A stretch of DNA of 48,867 bases, taken from contig JAITOE010000013.1 in the NCBI GenBank assembly GCA_031290135.1, positions 1-48,867 on the forward strand. Direction: 5' to 3'. How positions within the stretch are numbered: the stretch's first letter is position 1; each line of letters begins with the position of its first letter. Under the pieces are notes generated by a model. That model worked only from the letters and a program-made list of their open reading frames with translations, was not told the origin of the DNA and did not search any database. Of this stretch, positions 8,388 to 17,664 are shown piece after piece. This DNA comes from Eubacteriales Family XIII. Incertae Sedis bacterium (GTDB taxonomy: Bacteria > Bacillota > Clostridia > Peptostreptococcales > Anaerovoracaceae). Both the position numbers and the translations under genes were made by a program.

Positions 8388-10034
8388 ATGTCCGGGAAGA
8401 AAAAGGGCGATAAGCCGCAAGGCGTTGCCGGCCTGAAAAAACACGACATGAAAATATCCAGCATCATTTTCATGATCTACTGCCTTGTCGCCGCGGGCGC
8501 TTTCGGGATTGAAGAAATGATTCCCGCCAGCGGGCCGGGCATCACGCTCACCATGCTGATCATTTTCCCGATCATCTGGGCATGGCCCATCAGCAACATG
8601 GTGGCCGAAGCCGGATCCGTCCTGCCTTCGGAAGGAGGCGTCTACGTGTGGGTGCGCGACGCGTTCGGCGAATTCTGGGGTTTTCAGGCGGGCTGGTGGA
8701 ACACGGTCAGCATCTATATCACGAACGGCGTTTACACGGCCTTAGTCGTCGATTATACGAGCCAGTACATCGAAATGTCCGAAACGACGGCGTTTCTTCT
8801 GAAAATCATCATGATCCTCATATTCACCGTCATCAACCTGCTGGGGATACGGGAAGTCGGCGCGGTCAGCTCCGTCCTGTCCGTCCTCATCATCCTGGCC
8901 TTCGCGGCCGTGGCGGTCGTGGGGCTCCTGAACTGGAACCACAACCCGATGGAACCCTATATCGCGGAGGACATGTCGCTGCTTGAAAGCATCGGCGGCT
9001 CCGTCGCCATCTGCGTCTGGATGTACTGCGGGTACGAATGCATCTCCACCTTGGCGGGCGAAGTGAAGAACCCGCAGGTCATTCCCAAGGGGCTGTTGCT
9101 GGCCATGCCGCTCATCGCGCTGACCTATGTCCTTCCCACGCTGGGCGGGCTGGCGTCCGTCGGGCAGTGGGACAGCTGGTCCACGGAAGGCGGCGCGGAA
9201 AGCGTCGGCTACGCGAGCGTCCTGACGGAAAACCTGGGTCCGGCCTGGGGCTACGCGTTCCTGTTCATCGCCATCATCTCCCAGTGCGCAATCTTCAACA
9301 CCTATCTGGCGTCGGGTTCCAGGGGCTTTTTCGTCCTGGCGGACGACAACCTTTGTCCGCATTTCTTAGTCAAGGTGAGCCGGAAAAGGGGCGTGCCCTA
9401 CGTGGGCGTCATCTCCCTGGCGATCGTCACCGCGCTGCTTGCGCAGTACGGTTTCAAGACCTTGGTCATGGCGGAAGTCATATTCATCCTGGCGCTTTAC
9501 ATCATCCTGCCGCTGGCGGTCATCAAGCTCAGGAAGGTCATCCCCGTCTCGGAACGGAAAGGCTGCTATGTCATGCCGGGCGGGAAGTTAGGGCTGTATT
9601 TCTTCACCGGCCTGCCGCTTGTCATTTCGTTCCTCGTGTTTTACCTCAACGGGACGGATTACTTTCTCATCGGCATCGTCGGCGCTTCCACCGGGCCCGT
9701 CTTTTACCTGATTTGCAAGTGGTTTTACGGCGGAATGACGAAAAACAATCCCCATAAATTCCCGATGAACCCCAGAACGCGGCTCGCGGTAGGCGATACG
9801 TTCCGTCTGGCCGTGTACACCCTCGTCGCGGGGGTCATGAGCGTCACGGGTTCTTTCTTCCTGACGTGGTACGAGGGCGAATGGGGCCCGGAATATTACG
9901 CAGAAGAGGGGGAAAGCGCGTTCTTCACGGATTTTTGGTGGATGATAGACGCGCTTCGTTACATAGGCGTGGCTTTGTTGGCCGTCACGCTGGCTTTATG
10001 GATCATAGGGAAGCTCGTAGAAAAGAAAAGATAA
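8388..10034 (+). CDS. APC-superfamily amino acid/polyamine permease
   Basis: AGGAAGGGGG RBS, then ATG 8388. About 12-14 TM segments, with GAFGIEE and other motifs typical of APC carriers. Confidence 0.8.
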   Translation: MSGKKKGDKPQGVAGLKKHDMKISSIIFMIYCLVAAGAFGIEEMIPASGPGITLTMLIIFPIIWAWPISNMVAEAGSVLPSEGGVYVWVRDAFGEFWGFQAGWWNTVSIYITNGVYTALVVDYTSQYIEMSETTAFLLKIIMILIFTVINLLGIREVGAVSSVLSVLIILAFAAVAVVGLLNWNHNPMEPYIAEDMSLLESIGGSVAICVWMYCGYECISTLAGEVKNPQVIPKGLLLAMPLIALTYVLPTLGGLASVGQWDSWSTEGGAESVGYASVLTENLGPAWGYAFLFIAIISQCAIFNTYLASGSRGFFVLADDNLCPHFLVKVSRKRGVPYVGVISLAIVTALLAQYGFKTLVMAEVIFILALYIILPLAVIKLRKVIPVSERKGCYVMPGGKLGLYFFTGLPLVISFLVFYLNGTDYFLIGIVGASTGPVFYLICKWFYGGMTKNNPHKFPMNPRTRLAVGDTFRLAVYTLVAGVMSVTGSFFLTWYEGEWGPEYYAEEGESAFFTDFWWMIDALRYIGVALLAVTLALWIIGKLVEKKR

Positions 10035-10049
10035 CACGGAGGATGCGCA

Positions 10050-11228
10050 GTGGAAACAGTTACGGCGGACAAGCTTGCGGAGGGCATGATCCTCGCGCGG
10101 GACGTCTATGTCTCGGAATTTGACAATTACCCGTTGGTCACGCGGAACGTGGCTTTGACAGATGCGGTGATCCACAACATCGTCACTCATGGCATTCAGA
10201 CCGTTTACATCAAAGACAAGCAGGAAATGGAGGCGGACCGGGCCAGGGAGGCGGCGGAACGGCGGGAGGCGGAGCAAGCTGCGGCGGGCCAGGCGGGAGC
10301 TTCGGCATTTCTGGACATTTTAGCCAAGTCGCGCCCCGTGCTTTCACCGAAACAGCAGGAACGCGCGCTGGATTCGCTGGAAGATTTTTACAGCATGCCG
10401 TCCATGACGGAAGCGGAAGTCCGCGCTGCCGCGCCGCAGGCGTTCCGGCAGATCGAAAAGGTCGTGAGCGGCCTGATGGACTCCTTGCTGATCTACAAGG
10501 GGACGCTGGTAAACATCAACAACCTGAAGAGCCATGACGAATTCACCTACCACCATTCGCTGAGCGTTTCGGTGCTGTCCATCGCTATCGCGCAGCAGAT
10601 GGGCTTGGACAAGGAATCGCTGCGCCTGCTGGGCATGTGCTCCATGATGCACGATGTGGGGAAGATGACCATCCCGCCCCATATCCTCCATAAACTGACG
10701 CCTTTAAGCGACGAAGAGTTTCAGATCATGAAAGGCCACGCCCTGGCGGGCTACAATTATCTGCGGCAAAACCAGATCGGCGATGAAGAGATGTGGCGCG
10801 TGATCCTTTTCCACCATGAGAAAATGGACGGCAGCGGCTACCCGACGGGCATCTCGGAGGCGCAGATCCCTTTGCTGAGCCGCATCATCTCCGTGGCGGA
10901 CGTCTACGACGCCCTCACGTCGGACCGCCCCCAAAGGAAGCCTATGTCGCCGTCGGAAGCGGTGGAATACATCATGGGCGGCGCGGGCAGCGCCTTTGAC
11001 TACGACGTGGTGACCGCGTTCGTGAAGAAGATGGATCTGTACCCGGTCGGGAGCCAGGTGGAGCTGTCCAACCACGAACGGGCGGTGGTGCTTGACAACG
11101 CGAATTCCATGCGCCCGATCGTCCGCCTGATCAGCAGCGGGCAGTCGCTGGATCTCTTCCAGGACCGCAACTGCCGCAACATGGTGATCGACCGCGTGCT
11201 TTATGACGCCGTCGCGGAACTGGCGTGA
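10050..11228 (+). CDS. HD-GYP domain cyclic-di-GMP phosphodiesterase-type protein
   Basis: HD...HDVGK...HHEKMDGSGYP motifs. GTG start 6 nt after GGAGGA. Confidence 0.88.
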   Translation: METVTADKLAEGMILARDVYVSEFDNYPLVTRNVALTDAVIHNIVTHGIQTVYIKDKQEMEADRAREAAERREAEQAAAGQAGASAFLDILAKSRPVLSPKQQERALDSLEDFYSMPSMTEAEVRAAAPQAFRQIEKVVSGLMDSLLIYKGTLVNINNLKSHDEFTYHHSLSVSVLSIAIAQQMGLDKESLRLLGMCSMMHDVGKMTIPPHILHKLTPLSDEEFQIMKGHALAGYNYLRQNQIGDEEMWRVILFHHEKMDGSGYPTGISEAQIPLLSRIISVADVYDALTSDRPQRKPMSPSEAVEYIMGGAGSAFDYDVVTAFVKKMDLYPVGSQVELSNHERAVVLDNANSMRPIVRLISSGQSLDLFQDRNCRNMVIDRVLYDAVAELA

Positions 11229-11258
11229 CCGGCAGGCAGAAGGGAGGTCTTGACAGGG

Positions 11259-12152
11259 ATGGACATCGAAAGCATCAGAACCTTCTATACGGTGGCCCAA
11301 TACAAGAGCTTTCAAAAAGCAGCGGACATTCTTGTCCTTACGCAGTCCGGGGTCAGCAGGCGGATCAGCGGCCTTGAAAACGAACTGGGCCATCTGCTTT
11401 TCGTCAGGACGCATCAGTCTGTTTCGCTCAGCAAGTATGGCGAGGAGTACTTTCCCTACGCAAAACGCATCTTAAAAATACAGGACGAGTGGGTGAACGC
11501 GCCGAACAACGTAAAAGACGACACGATCAAAGTCGCGATCCCGTTTTCCATGAATCGCTTTTTCCCCGAAATGTTCACAAAATATATTAACAGCTATAAA
11601 GTCCCCATCCGGGTGCACGGCGCGAATTCCAACGAAATTTACGAAATGCTTATTGACCGCACCATCGACGTAGGCATCACGTCGGCCGTTTTTCCAAGCC
11701 CGCAAATCACCTACGACGCGATTTATAAAGAGAAGATGGTTTGTGTCGCAAACGCTGAAGTCCAAATGAAACACATCCGCAGCGGCGTGATCGTCAAACC
11801 GCCGCTTCCTTTCGTCCTCTGTAAAATGCATAGCTTCAAAGTGCATCCATGGGACGCGATGATCGACTCAATCAATACAAATTCGTTGGTCGAAACCGTT
11901 TTCACGGTGAATTTTTTTGAATTGACAAGAACGCTCGCAAAAAAGGGCTTAGGCGCGACGGTTTTGCCTTATACGGAAGTGATACATGAATTGGAGTCCG
12001 GCGAACTGGCGGAACTCCATGTGCCGAACATGGTGCTTCCGATGCGGATCACCTATATGGCCACGAACAAACAAATTCAAAAAATCAAGAGCGTCGAGCA
12101 ATTCAAAACGGCGCTCATCGACCACTGTAAGGCGCTGCCAACGAATGCATAG
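11259..12152 (+). CDS. LysR-family transcriptional regulator
   Basis: N-terminal HTH (IRTFYTVAQYKSFQKAADILVLTQSGVSRRISGLE) plus a LysR substrate-binding domain. An alternative TTG start exists at 11250. Confidence 0.9.
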   Translation: MDIESIRTFYTVAQYKSFQKAADILVLTQSGVSRRISGLENELGHLLFVRTHQSVSLSKYGEEYFPYAKRILKIQDEWVNAPNNVKDDTIKVAIPFSMNRFFPEMFTKYINSYKVPIRVHGANSNEIYEMLIDRTIDVGITSAVFPSPQITYDAIYKEKMVCVANAEVQMKHIRSGVIVKPPLPFVLCKMHSFKVHPWDAMIDSINTNSLVETVFTVNFFELTRTLAKKGLGATVLPYTEVIHELESGELAELHVPNMVLPMRITYMATNKQIQKIKSVEQFKTALIDHCKALPTNA

Positions 12153-12250
12153 CGCCTCTTTTTTTCTTTCTTAAAAGACCTCTCGCCGTGTGCCTTCCAT
12201 TCACATAAAAAGGCGTGAGCTCCCAAATCCGACGGTTCTACATACCTAAG

Positions 12251-12286
12251 ATTCATAACATTCATAACATTCATAACATTCATAAC
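12251..12286. repeat. Tandem repeat (ATTCATAAC)x4 inside a copy of the recurrent intergenic motif
   Basis: Four perfect 9-bp units at 12251, 12260, 12269 and 12278. Other copies of the motif carry a single unit. Confidence 0.95.
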
Positions 12287-12294
12287 AGTAACTC

Positions 12295-12315
12295 ATAATG
12301 ACAATCCGTCATTAT
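12295..12315. promoter_or_regulatory. Perfect palindrome ATAATGAC-N5-GTCATTAT, candidate LysR-type operator
   Basis: An 8-bp inverted repeat with T-N11-A-compatible geometry. It lies 20 bp upstream of the predicted -35 of the M24a operon and directly downstream of the LysR gene. Confidence 0.45.
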
Positions 12316-12334
12316 GACATGCCAAAAAACCGTT

Positions 12335-12363
12335 TTACATGTGCGGTTCCATATGATTACAAT
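12335..12363 (+). promoter_or_regulatory. Sigma-A-type promoter for the M24a/DUF4392 genes
   Basis: TTACAT (12335-12340), 17 bp, TACAAT (12358-12363). Confidence 0.45.
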
Positions 12364-12469
12364 GTCATTAGAGCAGTTGAGGAAAAGGCTTCTCATACAT
12401 TTCCTGTTAAAAAACCCACTTTAGGCACGATGAAAAATGAAAAGGGAACAACGCAAAGGAGGCACAAAC

Positions 12470-13651
12470 ATGAAATATGACCGCTATGCGCCCAATCTGA
12501 CAATCACCAGCAAGGCAGAATTTGTCCGGCGCCGGGAAACTGTGCAGGCGAAAATGCAGGAGCAGGGCGTAGACTGCATTCTCCTGTATGGCAGTTACCT
12601 GCGTCAGGGCGGAGCCATTCGCTATTTTGTAGACTTCCCCACGGGAGGAACCAACGCGCTGTACGCCATTCTTCCGAAAGAAGGAGAGATCGCCCTCTTT
12701 GGTCATGGCAACAAGGGCGCGAAAGCCGTTCCTCCCGGCATCGCGGGCGATGCGGAAATCAATTTTGCTTATCCCTACGCCGCCATCGCAGGTTTTACTT
12801 TGCCTGCCCTGATGGAGGAAGTTGCCCGCTATTGCAAGAAGCATGGGTTCAGAGTTGCGGGCCTCTACCGTACAGGCATGACGCCTTACGACTTTGTCAA
12901 GGCTGCCACCGAGGCCAACCCTGGCACGGAGTTGGTCGGCGTGGACGACGTCATCGACCGGATCATGGCGGTGAAAAGCCCCGAGGAAATCGAAATTTGC
13001 AAATATGTCGCCCGCATTCACGATGATATCTATTCCTGTGTGCGCGCGCTCGTAAAGCCCGGCCAGCGTGAAAAGGATTTACGGAACAAGATCACCTATA
13101 TCTGCAACGATCTCGACTGCGAAAGCCTTAATATAATGATCGGTTCGGGCAATCCGATGGCGAAGCACAAGGGCGATTCTGCCCAAAACCGGATGCTTCA
13201 GGATGGCGACTATGTGGATTTGTTGCTTGAAATCAGCACCGTAGGCGGTTACTGGGGCGAGATCAGCCGTATCATCAGCCTCGGCGAACCTGACCCTGAG
13301 ATCGTTCATTTGAATGACCTGACCATCGAGATTCAAACCCAATTAGCTGACGCGGCGCGCCCTGGGGTTCCCGCCAAGCGGATGCTTGAAATGCTGCACG
13401 AGTTCCAGGCTGCCCATGACTGCAAGCCGGAAACCCGTTTTTTCGGTCATGGACAGGGTCTCGACCTGACGCAGCGGCCCATGTTCATTGAGGATGAGAC
13501 CATGGTATTCGAAGAGAACATGTTTGTCGCGATTCACCCGGACATGGACAATGGCCATATGCGCGCTTTCACCACGGACAATTTTCTGATCACGAAAGAT
13601 GGCGGCATCCGGCTTAACAAGTTTCCGCATGGCATTATCGTGATCGACTAA
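12470..13651 (+). CDS. Creatinase/prolidase-fold (peptidase M24 family) protein, paralog A, non-canonical active-site positions
   Basis: GGAGG RBS, then ATG 12470. About 393 aa with N-terminal creatinase_N-like plus pita-bread domains. GHGQGLD is retained, but the protein reads AIHPD and TTDN where canonical enzymes have IEPG and xED. Confidence 0.75.
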   Translation: MKYDRYAPNLTITSKAEFVRRRETVQAKMQEQGVDCILLYGSYLRQGGAIRYFVDFPTGGTNALYAILPKEGEIALFGHGNKGAKAVPPGIAGDAEINFAYPYAAIAGFTLPALMEEVARYCKKHGFRVAGLYRTGMTPYDFVKAATEANPGTELVGVDDVIDRIMAVKSPEEIEICKYVARIHDDIYSCVRALVKPGQREKDLRNKITYICNDLDCESLNIMIGSGNPMAKHKGDSAQNRMLQDGDYVDLLLEISTVGGYWGEISRIISLGEPDPEIVHLNDLTIEIQTQLADAARPGVPAKRMLEMLHEFQAAHDCKPETRFFGHGQGLDLTQRPMFIEDETMVFEENMFVAIHPDMDNGHMRAFTTDNFLITKDGGIRLNKFPHGIIVID

Positions 13652-13707
13652 ATTGGCAGCACAAGCAAGTAAATTTTCGCGGTTTTTTCTATAAGGAGGT
13701 GCTAAAA

Positions 13708-14811
13708 ATGGCTCTCGAATATGATATTGAACTGGCAGAAACTGTAGGTGAAATCGTAGACCGCCTGATCACGGTGCAGATCGCGGGCGCCGGCGGCGGC
13801 GCGGCAAAGACCGCAAAACCGATCTGCCCGCAGTTATATGACGCGGCGCGCGCGGCGCAGGGCGACAAAGCGCTCACATTCCTTGCCGCAAAGGCAATTA
13901 TGGAGAATGTGCAGCCAAGGGACACGGTTGCCTTGAGCGCCGGGCTCATGATAGCGCCCTCCATGCGCGAAGAGGTTGACGGGGTGCTTGGAATTGTCGG
14001 CCTGGCCAGGGCGGTTGCGCTTGGGTGCGGCGCTACGCCGGTCATCCTGACGGAAGACACCAACCTTCCCCGTGTCGAATGGGTCGTGAAAGCCGCCGGC
14101 CTTAATCCGCAGCCTATAGACATTGCGCTTCAATTGCCGTATGCGGTCGGCATGGTCGTTCTGCCCAGGGATCCGGAAAAAACCGTGCAGGCGATGAAGG
14201 ACCTTTATGCGAAAGCCAGGCCAAAGGTATTGGTTGTGTCTGAAAAAATGGGACCGTCAGACATCGGCATCTATCGGACCGGCCCCGGATTCGATCTTTC
14301 AAAGATCGCGGGCAAGACACAAGAAATGGTCAATACGCTGAAGGAGCTTGGCACAATCACGATTGGCATCGGCGACGGCGGCAATGAAGTCGGAATGGGG
14401 CTGATCAAGGAAGACATCCGCCGTATCTTCTCCGGCGACAGCGCGGCGGCCACCGTGACGGACATTCTGATTACAGCGGCCACCGGAAATCTTGGCGCCT
14501 ATGGAATCGAGGCTGTGCTGGCTGCGGCATATGGGCTGGAAGAAGTTCTTCATGGCGTGGAGATCGAGAAACAGATGGAACTCGGCTCAATCTTCGGCGG
14601 TCTTATCGATCCGCAAGCTGGCATTGCGAACGGCTGGACGGACACAATGGAACCGTGTGTGGCAGAAGCGATCATTTTGCTGCTGCAACATCTGGTTCGC
14701 AACAGGCTTGCAAAGAAAGATACGGAGAAAGCCGCGCGCAAGAAGGCCCGCGAGTTCACAAAAGAGCAAACCCAGGCGGTTATTGATGAATGGGAAAAAA
14801 AACTATCATGA
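13708..14811 (+). CDS. DUF4392 / D-glutamate-cyclase-like protein (tentative family call)
   Basis: AAGGAGG RBS, then ATG 13708. The IGIGDGGNEVGMG motif is recalled from DUF4392-type proteins. Lys-rich C-terminal tail. The family assignment needs an HMM check. Confidence 0.5.
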   Translation: MALEYDIELAETVGEIVDRLITVQIAGAGGGAAKTAKPICPQLYDAARAAQGDKALTFLAAKAIMENVQPRDTVALSAGLMIAPSMREEVDGVLGIVGLARAVALGCGATPVILTEDTNLPRVEWVVKAAGLNPQPIDIALQLPYAVGMVVLPRDPEKTVQAMKDLYAKARPKVLVVSEKMGPSDIGIYRTGPGFDLSKIAGKTQEMVNTLKELGTITIGIGDGGNEVGMGLIKEDIRRIFSGDSAAATVTDILITAATGNLGAYGIEAVLAAAYGLEEVLHGVEIEKQMELGSIFGGLIDPQAGIANGWTDTMEPCVAEAIILLLQHLVRNRLAKKDTEKAARKKAREFTKEQTQAVIDEWEKKLS

Positions 14812-14830
14812 TAAACAGATAGACGGAAAG

Positions 14831-14873
14831 TTCTGTAATCGAATGTCTTATTCGGTTACAGAATTTTATTTTT
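14831..14873 (+). terminator. Intrinsic terminator between the DUF4392-like gene and M24 paralog B
   Basis: TTCTGTAATCGAAT-GTCT-TATTCGGTTACAGAA stem of about 14 bp, followed by TTTTATTTTT. Confidence 0.7.
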
Positions 14874-14888
14874 GAAAGGGGGTTTGTG

Positions 14889-16070
14889 ATGAACCTTGAC
14901 AGATATGCCCCGTTGATTTCGCCGACAAGCGAAAAAGAACTCATGCGACGCCGCGGCGCGGTTCAGTCCGCGCTTCGCGAACAAGAGGTTGATTGCGTGC
15001 TTTTGTATTCGAGTTATCTCAGGGCGAGCGGCGCGATCCGGTATTTCCTTGATTTCCCGACAGCAGGGACACACGCGCTATACGGCATTTTGCCAGCTGA
15101 AGGACAGCTGAGCGTGTTCGGCCACGGACACAAGGGCGCAACGACGGTTCCAAAGAGTGTCGCGTTCGATCTCGAACTCAATTACGCGTATCCGTTTGGC
15201 ATTACGTATCCGTTCACGTTGCGTTATATCTTTGACACGGTCGCCGATTATGCAAAGAAAAAGAAATTCAAGAACATAGGCATCTATCGCCGCGGGCTTT
15301 TGCCGTATGAATTCGTCCGTTGCCTCGCTGACGATGTTGACGGTGTAACACTTACGGATGTCGATGAAATGATCGATCCGATCATGGCGGCGAAATCCCC
15401 GGAAGAGATCGAGTATCACAAGTATGCCGTTGAACTTCACGATAAGATCTACGCCGCGCTGCCAACGATTGTGCGTGCCGGGAAACGGGAAAAAGACATT
15501 GCCAATGAAATCCAAAAAATCGCGACGGATTTTGATTGTGAAGGTTTGAATATCATGATCGGCTCCGGCAACCCGCTCGCGCACCACAAGCATTATTTTT
15601 TCCAGAACAGGCTGATCGAAGAAGGTGATTATATCGATTTGCTTGTGGAAGTCAGCGGGCCCGGAAACTATTATGGCGAGCTGTCCCGCATGTGGAAGCT
15701 CGGCGGCGATCCGTCGAAGGAATTTCTGCAGTTAAATGAAGATTCGATCAAGATTCAAAGCATTCTTGCCGATGCGGCCCGTCCGGGCGTGCCTGCCTCG
15801 CGGTTGATGGAAGTGCTGCATGCGTTTCAGGCCGAGAGGGGCTATAAACTGGAGGATCGTTTTTTTGGCCATGGACAAGGCGTGGATCTCGTACAGCGTC
15901 CCTTGTTTGACACGAAGGAGACGATGACGTTACAGGAAAACATGTTTGTCTCGATTCATCCGGCATTGGAGAACGATACAATCTGGGCATTTAACACGGA
16001 CAATTACCTCATCACGAAAGACGGCGCGGTTCGCCTGAACAAAACACCGCAGGGAATATTTGTCGTCTAA
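14889..16070 (+). CDS. Creatinase/prolidase-fold (M24 family) protein, paralog B
   Basis: Collinear with paralog A by eye (NLDRYAP.., GAIRYF.DFPT.GT.ALY.ILP, GHGQGVD, SIHPA, NTDN). ATG 14889 follows AAGGGGG. Confidence 0.75.
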   Translation: MNLDRYAPLISPTSEKELMRRRGAVQSALREQEVDCVLLYSSYLRASGAIRYFLDFPTAGTHALYGILPAEGQLSVFGHGHKGATTVPKSVAFDLELNYAYPFGITYPFTLRYIFDTVADYAKKKKFKNIGIYRRGLLPYEFVRCLADDVDGVTLTDVDEMIDPIMAAKSPEEIEYHKYAVELHDKIYAALPTIVRAGKREKDIANEIQKIATDFDCEGLNIMIGSGNPLAHHKHYFFQNRLIEEGDYIDLLVEVSGPGNYYGELSRMWKLGGDPSKEFLQLNEDSIKIQSILADAARPGVPASRLMEVLHAFQAERGYKLEDRFFGHGQGVDLVQRPLFDTKETMTLQENMFVSIHPALENDTIWAFNTDNYLITKDGAVRLNKTPQGIFVV

Positions 16071-16250
16071 GCGCCGGCTAAGCGCTGATTGCCTGACGGC
16101 GGCAAGAAAAGGAGGCAAGTGTGGAAAGCGTTCCACACGCCGCCGGAGGCAGTCAAACGATAATTTGCCCCATTTGGTGCGGATTGTGTTACAACAATTA
16201 TTTCCATGAATGAATTTATGCAGCCACAGCGTGGCGGAATGGGGCAAATA

Positions 16251-17555
16251 ATGGATCCGAATATGACAATTGCCTTGGTTGGTGTAATTGTGATGGTGAT
16301 ATTGATCCTCTTGAGGGTTCCGATTGCCGTCGCAATGGGCGTTGTCGGGGTCGTTGGGTTCATCTACGTTGCAGGATTGCCGGGTGCCGTCGGTTTGCTG
16401 AAGACGGTGCCCTATACTTCCGTAAAAGACTATTCATTGAGTGTCATCCCCCTATTCATATTGATGGGAAATTTTGCGTTGTCCGCCGGGCTGAGCAGGG
16501 AATTGTATGCCTTGGGCTATAAATTGGTGGGACATTTGCCGGGCGGGCTTGCCGTGGCTACGATTCTTGCATGTGCGGGCTTCGGCGCAATTTGCGGATC
16601 GAGTCCCGCAACTGCGGCAACGATGGGAACGGTTTCGATTCCGGAGATGCGCAAATACAAATATGCGCCGTCGCTGGCATGTGGATGCGTTGCCGCCGGA
16701 GGCTGTCTGGGGATGCTCATCCCGCCAAGCGTCGGCTTCATCATCTACGGCATATTGGTCGGGGAATCGATAGGCAAACTTTTTTCGGCTGGCATAATGG
16801 CGGGTATTTTACTGATGCTGTTATACTGCATCGTGATCCTGGTTATTGCAATTAAAAATCCCGAAATGGCGCCGCGCGGCGAAAGAGCATCGTTCCGCGA
16901 AATCCTGATAGCGCTAAAAAACATTTGGGCAGTCATCTTATTGTTCGTGCTGGTCATAGGCGGCTTGCTTGCCGGTTTCTTTACGGCGACGGAATGTGCC
17001 GCAATTGGCGCTTTCTGCGCGTTAGGCATCGCGGTTCTTCGCCGCACGATGTCCTGGAAAGATTTCAAAACCGCGCTCTTCAACACCTTGAAGACCACGG
17101 CGATGATTTTCGCGATCATGATCGGAGCCTATTTGTTCGGCTATTTTCTGACGGTTACGCGGTTGCCGATGCTGATGGCAAGTCTCATCACTGAATCCGA
17201 CCTCAACCGATACGTCGTCATTATGCTGATCTTCTTTGTGTATTTGTTCCTGGGATGCATCATGGATAGCTTGGCGATGATCTTGATTACGGTTCCGATC
17301 TTCTTTCCCGGCGTGATGGCTCTCGGTTTTGATCCGATTTGGTTTGGCGTTTTCGTTATATTTGTCATCAACCAGGGGCTCCTGACGCCGCCGGTCGGCA
17401 TGAATGTCTTTGTCATCCGGGGCATCACGAAAGATGTGCCGATTCATACAATATTCAGGGGCGTCATGCCGTTCTGGCTGGCGATTCTTGCGGCGGTGCT
17501 TATTATTTTGGCAGTTCCGGATATCGTGTTGTTTTTGCCACGTTTGGCATCCTGA
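16251..17555 (+). CDS. dctM: TRAP transporter large permease (DctM family), system 1
   Basis: About 12 or more TM segments, DctM-like throughout, paralogous to 20140-21474. The start is uncertain (16206 to 16263). Confidence 0.85.
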   Translation: MDPNMTIALVGVIVMVILILLRVPIAVAMGVVGVVGFIYVAGLPGAVGLLKTVPYTSVKDYSLSVIPLFILMGNFALSAGLSRELYALGYKLVGHLPGGLAVATILACAGFGAICGSSPATAATMGTVSIPEMRKYKYAPSLACGCVAAGGCLGMLIPPSVGFIIYGILVGESIGKLFSAGIMAGILLMLLYCIVILVIAIKNPEMAPRGERASFREILIALKNIWAVILLFVLVIGGLLAGFFTATECAAIGAFCALGIAVLRRTMSWKDFKTALFNTLKTTAMIFAIMIGAYLFGYFLTVTRLPMLMASLITESDLNRYVVIMLIFFVYLFLGCIMDSLAMILITVPIFFPGVMALGFDPIWFGVFVIFVINQGLLTPPVGMNVFVIRGITKDVPIHTIFRGVMPFWLAILAAVLIILAVPDIVLFLPRLAS

Positions 17556-17664
17556 CAAAAAAAGCAAACGTGATGAAAAACGGTTATGCCCGCTCCGTAG
17601 CGACGGCTCTACATACCTGAGTTTCATAACAGTTATTTTGATAATACTGAAAAGGAGAAAATGG

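Noticed and set aside
12298-12480. 60-aa ORF (MTIRHYDMPKNRF...) between the LysR gene and the first M24 gene, and the 68-aa minus-strand ORF 12077-12283 (MNVMNVMNVMN...).
   Set aside because: The first begins inside the palindromic operator candidate and runs across the predicted promoter. The second is a translation of the 9-bp tandem repeat. Neither has an RBS.
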